NCBI GenBank assembly: GCA_038065235.1
Contig: JBBTRK010000014.1
Location: forward strand, 16,629-80,628
Length of the DNA stretch: 64,000 nt
Reading direction: 5' to 3'
From: Patescibacteria group bacterium
Lineage (GTDB): Bacteria > Patescibacteriota > Patescibacteriia > PEXW01
This document shows, in pieces, positions 56,880-64,000 of the stretch; the first letter of the stretch is position 1, and each line of letters begins with the position of its first letter. Both the position numbers and the translations under genes were made by a program. The notes under the pieces are model-generated. The model was not told the DNA's origin. It saw only the letters and a program-made list of their open reading frames with translations, and did not search any database.

Positions 56880-58103
56880 ATGGTCAAACACGTCGAACAC
56901 CACGAACCGCACCACCCCCAACGGCACACCACCACCCCCCGCCAACGCGTGTGGGTCATTTCGTTCGTCGTTGCGGCGACAGTGCTCTTCGCTGGCGTAC
57001 TCTTTTTGGCCATGGGCAAAAGCCGCATTGCTTTCACCTGGCTGCCGCAAACAATTGAAGGCACGACAACGTTAACGGTCGCGGTAGAATCTACGGGTGA
57101 TGAAATTCCAGCAGCGTTTGTCGAGAAGAGTGTGGAGGTGAGTAAAGTGTTTACCGCTGAAACCAAAGCAACAACACCACAACCTCAACCATCAACGCCA
57201 ACGGTTCCGACCTTCACCGGCAAGGCGCGCGGCAAAGTTACTATCACCAACCGCTACAGCAAAGCCCAACCACTCACCGCTGGCACTCGGTTGAAGTCAC
57301 CTGACGGTCAAATTTTCCGCACCCAAACACGAGTGGATGTACCGGTTGGCGGATCCGTGACCACCGAGGTTGTAGCTGACGTTGCTGGCGAAGCAGGTTC
57401 CCTGCCGAAAGGTACAACGTTCATCCTCCCTGCGCTGTGGGCTGGGTTACAGGATAAAATTACCGGCATCTCAACCGAGGCCTTCCACGATGATGACCAG
57501 TCAACAGCAACCACAACTTCTACAAACCCGGGGTTAACCGCAAACGAGCTGGCGAATGCTGAACAAGTGCTGCTGCAAGAAGCCATTACCCAGGCGCTCC
57601 CCGACCTGCAGAAGCTCGTCCCAACCGGCCGAACACTCTACCCCGGCTTGGTGGATGCCACGACGGTTAAACGTACCGGACCGGCAATTGGCGACAAAGC
57701 TTCGTCCTACACGCTTTCACTCACCGTAAAAACCACGGCCATTGCCGTTGACCCCGCAAAACTTACGGAGAGTGCGACCGCCCTGCTAACCACTTCCCTC
57801 TCCCCAGACCTCCAACTCCTAACCATCGATCCTGCAACCTTTGGCTACACCCTAAAAAGCACGGACGCTAAGAAGCAGCGCGCTGACGTGACCCTCGTCG
57901 CCCGCGGGACGACGATCCCCGCGCCTGCCCACCGACTCCTCCAGCAAGTAACCTTCGCCGGCAAAACAGCGGACGAGGTGCGCACGCTCTTGAGCCAAGA
58001 GCAGGCCGTTACGAATGTTCTCGTTGAGCTCATGCCTTTCTGGAACCGCCGGGTACCTTCCAACGCGAAAGATTTGCAATTGGAAGTGACCCGGGCGAAG
58101 TAG
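56880..58103 (+). CDS. Baseplate J-like membrane-anchored protein
   Basis: KARGKVTITN...QPL...TRL...GQIFRT, VVADVAGEAG, PFWNRRVP. Confidence 0.7.
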   Translation: MVKHVEHHEPHHPQRHTTTPRQRVWVISFVVAATVLFAGVLFLAMGKSRIAFTWLPQTIEGTTTLTVAVESTGDEIPAAFVEKSVEVSKVFTAETKATTPQPQPSTPTVPTFTGKARGKVTITNRYSKAQPLTAGTRLKSPDGQIFRTQTRVDVPVGGSVTTEVVADVAGEAGSLPKGTTFILPALWAGLQDKITGISTEAFHDDDQSTATTTSTNPGLTANELANAEQVLLQEAITQALPDLQKLVPTGRTLYPGLVDATTVKRTGPAIGDKASSYTLSLTVKTTAIAVDPAKLTESATALLTTSLSPDLQLLTIDPATFGYTLKSTDAKKQRADVTLVARGTTIPAPAHRLLQQVTFAGKTADEVRTLLSQEQAVTNVLVELMPFWNRRVPSNAKDLQLEVTRAK

Positions 58104-58110
58104 CCAACAC

Positions 58111-58183
58111 GGACGCGCACCTTGGAAAACGTGCGCTTGACCTTATGGTAACCCCGAGCGCACCTTTTCCAAGGTACGCGTTC
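58111..58183. repeat. Long inverted repeat (~29-bp stem)
   Basis: GGACGCGCACCTTGGAAAACGTGCGCTTG / CGAGCGCACCTTTTCCAAGGTACGCGTTC. Confidence 0.75.
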
Positions 58184-58187
58184 TCAT

Positions 58188-58279
58188 TGTCATTGCGAGA
58201 AACGACCAACGGGAGTGACGCGGCAATCCCGATGTACCAACGGGATTGCTTCGGGTCGAGTACGACCCTCGCAAAGACA
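58188..58279. repeat. 92-bp palindromic element (TGTCATTGCGAG...CTCGCAAAGACA)
   Basis: Terminal inverted repeat; internal GCAATCCC/GGGATTGC; same length and termini type as the 35444 element. Confidence 0.8.
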
Positions 58280-58351
58280 ATACAAAACCCCCGCGCACGA
58301 AGCGCAGGTAAATTTGAGAATTTGTCAATAATCAGGCTATACTACAAACCT

Positions 58352-60193
58352 ATGCCTGACCAACTCACCAACCTCCGCCACTCGCTAGCCCACCTGCTCG
58401 CTTCCAGCGTGCTCGAGCTCTTCCCAGACGCCAAGCTCGGCGTCGGCCCGACTATCGAGCATGGCTTCTACTACGATTTCCAACTCCCCCGCCCGCTGAC
58501 GCCGCAGGACTTGCCGAAAATTGAAAAACTCATGCGCAAGCGCATTGGCCAGAGCCTTGGTTTTGAACGCGCTGAACTTTCGGAAGTACAAGCCAAGGAG
58601 AAGTTTGCGAAGCAGCCATTCAAGCTCGAACTCATCCACGACCTCGTCACTAAGGGAACAACGGTCTTTGACGAACTGGAGAAACCTGTCGGCAAGCCGA
58701 GTGCGACCATCACGATGTACACCACGGGCAACTTCGTGGACTTGTGCCGCGGCGGGCATGTGGAGAGCACCAAGGACATCCCAGCCGACGCGTTCAAGCT
58801 CACGCACATTGCCGGCGCGTACTGGCGCGGTAGCGAGGATAACCAGATGCTCCAGCGCGTCTACGGCGTCGCCTTTTTAACGAAAGCTGAACTGGACGCC
58901 CACCTGAAGATGCAGGAAGAAGCCAAAAAGCGCGACCACCGGAAGCTCGGCCAAGACCTAGACCTCTTCACCTTCTCTGACAGCGTCGGCAAAGGCTTGC
59001 CCCTGCTCACCCCGCGCGGTTCGGTCATCCGCCGCGAGCTGGAACGCTACACCGTAGACACCGAGCTGGCCCATGGCTACCAGCACGTGTACACCCCGCC
59101 GCTTGCCAAGACTGACCTCTACAAGACCTCGGGCCACTACCCGTACTACAAAGACACAATGTACCCAGTGATGAAGGTGGACGACGACGAACTCATCCTG
59201 CGGCCCATGACCTGCCCGCACCACTTCATGCTATTCAAGGACAAGCCGCACTCTTACCGCGACTTGCCCCTGCGCTTCGCCGAGCTGGCTTCGCAGTTCC
59301 GCTACGAAAAATCCGGGGAGCTCACCGGCCTCATGCGCGTGCGCATGTTCACCCTCGCGGACGCGCACATCTTCGTGGCACCCGAGGGTGCGGAGAAAGA
59401 AATTACGAGCGTGCTCAAACTCATTGATGAAATGAACCAAACCCTGGGCCTGAAAAAAGGCGTAGACTACCGCTACCGCTTATCACTCGGTGATCGCACA
59501 GACACCAAGAAGTACTACAAAGATGACGCGGCGTGGGAGCGCGCCGAGGGCGTGTTGCGAAAAGTGCTGCAAGGCCAGAAAACGCCGTTCTTCGAAGCGC
59601 CAAACGAAGCCGCCTTCTACGGCCCGAAGATTGACGTGCAGGTGAAGAAGGTCAACGGCCAGGAAGAGACCGCCTTTACCGTGCAGTACGACTTCGTCAT
59701 GCCCGAGCGCTTCAACCTGGAGTACGTGGGCAAAGACGGCAAGATGCACCGGCCAATCGTCATTCACCGCGCTTCCATTGGCTGCTTGGAGCGCACTATT
59801 GCCTTCCTCATCGAGCACTACGCCGGCGAGCTTCCCTTGTGGCTCTCCCCCGTGCAGGTCGTCGTCATCCCGGTTGGCTTGAAGCACGAGAAGGCCTGCC
59901 AGAAACTGGGCAAAGAACTGCGTGAAGCGGGCTTGCGCGTGGATGTGTTCACGGCTGACCAATCTGTGGGTAAAAGCATCCGCATCGCAGAGAAGCAGAA
60001 GTCACCGTACATGCTGGTCATTGGCGATAAAGAAGTGAAGTCACCCAAGCTGCACGTGCGCGAGCGGGCCCGCCCGGCATCGCCTTCGGCATCAGCCGAT
60101 GGCGGACGGGGCAAAGAAAAACTACGTCTCGTCGCGAAGAAGTCATTCATTGCTGAGTTGCTAAAGAAGATTCAAACGAAGGCCAAACGCTAA
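58352..60193 (+). CDS. thrS: Threonine--tRNA ligase (lacking the N1/TGS domain)
   Basis: RHSLAHLL, DLCRGGH, RDHRKLG, RPMTCPHH, AAFYGPKID, IEHYAG; start at ATG 58352. Confidence 0.98.
   Translation: MPDQLTNLRHSLAHLLASSVLELFPDAKLGVGPTIEHGFYYDFQLPRPLTPQDLPKIEKLMRKRIGQSLGFERAELSEVQAKEKFAKQPFKLELIHDLVTKGTTVFDELEKPVGKPSATITMYTTGNFVDLCRGGHVESTKDIPADAFKLTHIAGAYWRGSEDNQMLQRVYGVAFLTKAELDAHLKMQEEAKKRDHRKLGQDLDLFTFSDSVGKGLPLLTPRGSVIRRELERYTVDTELAHGYQHVYTPPLAKTDLYKTSGHYPYYKDTMYPVMKVDDDELILRPMTCPHHFMLFKDKPHSYRDLPLRFAELASQFRYEKSGELTGLMRVRMFTLADAHIFVAPEGAEKEITSVLKLIDEMNQTLGLKKGVDYRYRLSLGDRTDTKKYYKDDAAWERAEGVLRKVLQGQKTPFFEAPNEAAFYGPKIDVQVKKVNGQEETAFTVQYDFVMPERFNLEYVGKDGKMHRPIVIHRASIGCLERTIAFLIEHYAGELPLWLSPVQVVVIPVGLKHEKACQKLGKELREAGLRVDVFTADQSVGKSIRIAEKQKSPYMLVIGDKEVKSPKLHVRERARPASPSASADGGRGKEKLRLVAKKSFIAELLKKIQTKAKR
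60068..60109. repeat. In-frame palindromic insertion in thrS
   Basis: 42 nt encoding ARPASPSASADGGR; arms CCCGCCCGGCATCG / CGATGGCGGACGGG. Confidence 0.7.
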
Positions 60194-60200
60194 ACTAACC

Positions 60201-60237
60201 AAAACGCCCGCCCCAATACTGGGACGGGCGCTTTTTT
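60201..60237. terminator. Bidirectional terminator
   Basis: A4-CGCCCGCCCCA/TGGGACGGGCG-T6. Confidence 0.8.
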
Positions 60238-60248
60238 AAACGTTTTGG

Positions 60249-60392
60249 CTAGTTGGCGAACCCGCCGAGGTAAACCGCAAACCCGAAGGTTACGCCGAGG
60301 GCTACGACAGTGGCAATAGCTATACCAATCGTCACCTTTGTACCCACGGAGAGTTTCGTTGTTTGGGTTGTCTGGGTCATTGGTGAAGGCAT
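60249..60392 (-). CDS. 47-aa single-TM peptide
   Basis: Read manually: MPSPMTQTTQTTKLSVGTKVTIGIAIATVVALGVTFGFAVYLGGFAN; 10 nt after the subtilase stop. Confidence 0.55.
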   Translation of the reverse strand: MPSPMTQTTQTTKLSVGTKVTIGIAIATVVALGVTFGFAVYLGGFAN

Positions 60393-60402
60393 AGGTGTAG
60401 TA

Positions 60403-63400
60403 TTACTGAACTGCCTTGAGAGCGTCCAGGACTTTGGGGTTTTTCGGGTTGATCACTGACGGAATGGGGATAAGTTTCGCTTCTAGCGCTTTCAATGTGA
60501 GGGCTGAATTTTTCATCAACGCTAGTGCGGCAGTGCCCGCAACGTAGGTGCTGCTCACCGATGTGCCTTCAAAGCTCACCCCGAGCGCTGCACCTGGAGC
60601 ATTCACCAGCGCACCGGTATTGGTGTACGTGGCAAGCCCTTTGCCGTTCGACGTCGTGGCGCCAACCGAGAGGACGCCGCTCACGTTCGCTGGGAAGACG
60701 CGCGAGATAGGTGTGCTGTCATTCCCAGCCGCACCGACCACGAGCATACCCGACGCTTTCGCGTAACGGACGACGTCGGCGAGGAGTGTAGAAGCGCCAA
60801 CACCGCTAAACGGGAGCTCAGCAATATCTGCTCCACGTATTATTGCGTAAACCAGACCATTCGCCACACTCAACGCTGTGCCATTACCCTTGCAGTCTAG
60901 TACGCGGATCGGAATAATTTTCGCGAGCGGTGAGACACCAGTCTTCGAGACAAGTATTTTGGCTAGCGCTGTCCCGTGACCCTGGCAATCAGTGACGACT
61001 GGCGTTCCGTTGATTGTATTCCAACCCTCTACATCAGCAATGTATCCATTACGGTCATTGTCTAGAGCATTAGCAAGTTCTTTCGTTGAGGCAATTGTTC
61101 CTTCCAGCTCAACGACCATGGGTTTTACGCCGCTATCTAGCACTGCAACGCGTACATCACTAGGTAATGTACCACCACCACTTACCGGGCACGCCCGCTT
61201 CGCTAAGATGATGACGTCGGCAACGTTCTGCTTGCCGTCGCCATTCACGTCTGCACGAACCGCAGGTGATGCAACCGGCCCTTTCTTAAAGTACGTGGCA
61301 TTCAAAAACTTCACGTCACGACAATCAACCAGGTTGTCGGCATTCGCATCTCCAGAAAGTACACTTGTCAAAGATTGCTCAGCTTGCAGGGTTGTCACAT
61401 ACGTAAGCGCATCGGCAGCGTCCACTGCTCCATCACCGTTCACATCGGCAGTGAGAGACACGGTACCCTTTGAAAATACGCCATTCACCACAATGTCAGC
61501 GTCAGCCCAATTTACCTTGCCATCACTATTGAGATCTGGCAACGGTTTAGTCGTTTTATTAAGCTTGAGCAGGCGGGCGAGATCGTAGGTATCAAGAATA
61601 TTTTTCTTCCCGTCATTGTTCACATCGGATGGCGTCTCAACGCTAGCTGCAAGATCGGCTGGATTAACTGCACCATCATTATTCGCATCTCCCGGCAATA
61701 CAACAGGAGTCGATATTTCGTTCAACTTGGCATTAAGTGCCAGGACATCTAAGGGGGTTACGTCACTATCGCAATCCACATCTGCGCGATCTTTGAGCGC
61801 TGGGAGTGTTGCCTTGGCGTACATAATGTTTGCAAGTGCAGTAAGGTCTGTCTTGGTGACACTCCCATTCGCGTTGACGTCGCCGTTCAAGAAGGTGGTC
61901 GTGCCTACAGTCCGCACATTTGCACATACCGGTGCGGGTTGTGAGAGGAACACATACTCGACCATTGCGGTAACATCAGCAATGTCTACATTACCGTCAC
62001 CATCGATGTCAGCTTTCGCCAAATCAGGCGTCGGGCCATTTTCGAAAAGGTAACTCACTAAGTAATCCAGATCAGCACCGTTTACCTTACCATCGCCATT
62101 TAAGTCTGCCAGTGCGGCACGCGCCTTAATCGGTATATACACCATTTCTACCATTCGAGTAACGTCTGCAATATCGACATTTCCATCAAAGTCAAGGTCA
62201 ACACGGCTCAGTGGGCTCGGTGCTGGACCTTTCTCATACAGGTACGCTACGAGGTGGTTGAGGTCAGTAGCCGTAACCCTGCCGTCACCATTGCTATCGC
62301 CCAAAAAGTATGTTGGCACTATGACTGGCTGGACAACGCCTCCATCGGCATCGGAAACCGCACCAGAACTCAAAGTTGTACTTCCGGCTGGACTAGCCAC
62401 AGCTGCTTGCACCCCATCATTGGTGCTATACAGCAGGCTAACCAAGAACGTTACATCGGTAATGTCGAGCGCACCATCGAGATCCATATCCACGAGCCCA
62501 ATTGGGCTTGGCGCTGGGCCGTTCTCAAAGAGGTACGCGACGAGATAATCAAGATCTCGCTTATCAACAACACCGTCTCGGTTGGCATCGCCTTTGCCAT
62601 AGTTGAGAATACCTTGCGTATTCGCACCGTACAGCACCTCCACAGCCATGGTGACATCGGTAATATCTACATTCCCATCTTTATCATAGTCGGCGGCACT
62701 CAATGGGCTGGGGGCTGGACCTTTCTCATACAGGTACGCGACGAGGAAATTCAAATCATCCACAGTATACTTACCATCAGCCGTAAGGTCGGCATACCCT
62801 GCGGTCAAGTTCTTATAGAGCGTGTCGATAAGTGCGGTCACGTCGGCAATATCAATGTCGCCGTCACGATTCACGTCGGCTGCGATAGTACTCTTGGGTG
62901 CCGGACCCTTTAAGTAAAGAAAATTCACCAGTATGCGCAGATCCTTACCGTCAATAACCTTATCGAGGTTGCAGTCACCCGCTGCAGGCGCTGCTGCATT
63001 CTGGGCTTCCAAGAGTTTCACCGTCGTTCCGGCAGTGGTGCTCGAGAGTGAGCGTCCACCTGCTGCCAGTGATACCTTTCGGTTCGTCTCGACCTTTTCA
63101 ACACCTCCTTGCATGCGGAGCGCATTGGAAACTTGATTTAAATCTGCGGTCGCCGGGCTGACGCGAACCACGTACCACTGCTGCAGTGCCTTCGCTGTGC
63201 CTGCTACATCAGCGGCAGTTCCGCGCTTGTTTCGCGTAGCATTAGTCACGCTCGTCAGCTGCACCGAGTTGCTGACGACTGGGGTTATGCTCTGGAGGGT
63301 CGCAATTTTCTGCGTGATCGTTTCAACATTGCGCGTCACTGTCCGTAGACCTTCTCGCTTCTTCACTTGCGTCACGACTGGAACATTCACCGGTTTCACC

Positions 63401-63705
63401 AGTGCCTTCTGCAACGTTTGCGTCCGGCTCAGCTGCGTGCTATTCGCCGCGAACTTCACCAGTAACTCCCCCGCGACGTACCCATTTGCCGATTTCGTCA
63501 CTTTGGGACCAACGGCGACAGAAGTCCCCCTATCCGATACTGGCACTAACCGGATGAGCAGGGCAGCGAGCACGAATGACGTGCAGAGCATCGCGATCGC
63601 CGTCATGACGACCATCGAAAGCCGCACAGCCGTGTATGTTGTGGCCTGCGTTTTTACTTCAACCTTCTTCCCTTTACTCTGCGGCACCTTAGTTGGCGTT
63701 GGCAT
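60403..63705 (-). CDS. S8 subtilase with nine internal dockerin-like modules
   Basis: N-terminal TM; YVAGELLVKF prodomain; paired GDxNxDG-type Ca-binding loops x9; VAVLDSG, GHGT, AAGN, GTS. Confidence 0.85.
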   Translation of the reverse strand: MPTPTKVPQSKGKKVEVKTQATTYTAVRLSMVVMTAIAMLCTSFVLAALLIRLVPVSDRGTSVAVGPKVTKSANGYVAGELLVKFAANSTQLSRTQTLQKALVKPVNVPVVTQVKKREGLRTVTRNVETITQKIATLQSITPVVSNSVQLTSVTNATRNKRGTAADVAGTAKALQQWYVVRVSPATADLNQVSNALRMQGGVEKVETNRKVSLAAGGRSLSSTTAGTTVKLLEAQNAAAPAAGDCNLDKVIDGKDLRILVNFLYLKGPAPKSTIAADVNRDGDIDIADVTALIDTLYKNLTAGYADLTADGKYTVDDLNFLVAYLYEKGPAPSPLSAADYDKDGNVDITDVTMAVEVLYGANTQGILNYGKGDANRDGVVDKRDLDYLVAYLFENGPAPSPIGLVDMDLDGALDITDVTFLVSLLYSTNDGVQAAVASPAGSTTLSSGAVSDADGGVVQPVIVPTYFLGDSNGDGRVTATDLNHLVAYLYEKGPAPSPLSRVDLDFDGNVDIADVTRMVEMVYIPIKARAALADLNGDGKVNGADLDYLVSYLFENGPTPDLAKADIDGDGNVDIADVTAMVEYVFLSQPAPVCANVRTVGTTTFLNGDVNANGSVTKTDLTALANIMYAKATLPALKDRADVDCDSDVTPLDVLALNAKLNEISTPVVLPGDANNDGAVNPADLAASVETPSDVNNDGKKNILDTYDLARLLKLNKTTKPLPDLNSDGKVNWADADIVVNGVFSKGTVSLTADVNGDGAVDAADALTYVTTLQAEQSLTSVLSGDANADNLVDCRDVKFLNATYFKKGPVASPAVRADVNGDGKQNVADVIILAKRACPVSGGGTLPSDVRVAVLDSGVKPMVVELEGTIASTKELANALDNDRNGYIADVEGWNTINGTPVVTDCQGHGTALAKILVSKTGVSPLAKIIPIRVLDCKGNGTALSVANGLVYAIIRGADIAELPFSGVGASTLLADVVRYAKASGMLVVGAAGNDSTPISRVFPANVSGVLSVGATTSNGKGLATYTNTGALVNAPGAALGVSFEGTSVSSTYVAGTAALALMKNSALTLKALEAKLIPIPSVINPKNPKVLDALKAVQ

Positions 63706-63904
63706 ATGCGCTTGTATTATGACGAAAGCTCGAACGCTCCCTAAGGAGCGCCGAAATTATGAAATAGAGAGTTGAGTAGCTATTCCCTTCGTTTGGCAGT
63801 GCATGGTATGGGTATTACTTTGATTTCTAAACCTATTATACCACGTCTGAACGAGTTTTGCAACAGTTAACAATATCGCTATGGATAAATGCTAGAATAC
63901 ACGC

Positions 63905-64000
63905 ATGGAACAGCGAGTTATTGCAATTGTTGGGCAAACGGCAACTGGGAAATCTCAACTCGGAATCGTTCTCGCAAAAAAATTCCATGGGTCAATTGTG
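63905..64000 (+). CDS. miaA: tRNA dimethylallyltransferase (partial)
   Basis: MEQRVIAIVGQTATGKSQLGIVLAKKFHGSIV. Confidence 0.8.
   Translation, partial: MEQRVIAIVGQTATGKSQLGIVLAKKFHGSIV

Noticed and set aside
56880-58103. Prophage remnant
   Set aside because: No other phage genes; membrane anchor and housekeeping context
58104-58351. T-box riboswitch or N-terminal extension of thrS
   Set aside because: No T-box AGGGTGGNACCGCG-like sequence; the region is explained by palindromic repeats, and a -10 box lies 8 nt before ATG 58352

Overview
A gene-dense, mostly minus-strand chromosomal segment. It is most consistent with a Patescibacteria/CPR (Parcubacteria-like) genome using genetic code 11; this taxonomy is inferred from gene content. 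Housekeeping content: xseAB, lexA, ftsEX, rluB, rpmG, tsf-rpsB, rpmE-prfA-prmC, a complete F1Fo operon, rsmI, metG, rplY, rodA, dnaE, thrS, the start of miaA, and six tRNAs. Most notable signals: (1) an unannotated ~370-nt minus-strand non-coding transcription unit (about 8289 to 7916) divergent from lexA, with its own sigma70 promoter, a boxA-like element, a long-range closing helix, UUCG/CUUG hairpins and an intrinsic terminator; (2) lexA followed by a catalytically degenerate Y-family polymerase, both preceded by the same CTTCGG-N5-CTTCGG direct repeat; (3) a 992-bp zeta-toxin cassette bounded by a 19-bp direct repeat of the 3' end of a VirD4/TraG-like gene; (4) a heliorhodopsin-peroxiredoxin-cytochrome b5-PepSY-TM cluster; (5) a 36-aa antisense membrane peptide between two 93-bp palindromic elements inside the atp operon; (6) a palindrome inserted in frame in thrS; (7) a TsaB-Nudix fusion, an RlpA-PBP fusion, and a subtilase with nine internal dockerin-like modules; (8) many apparently leaderless genes. 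All protein calls come from motif recognition by eye; no searches or folding computations were run.
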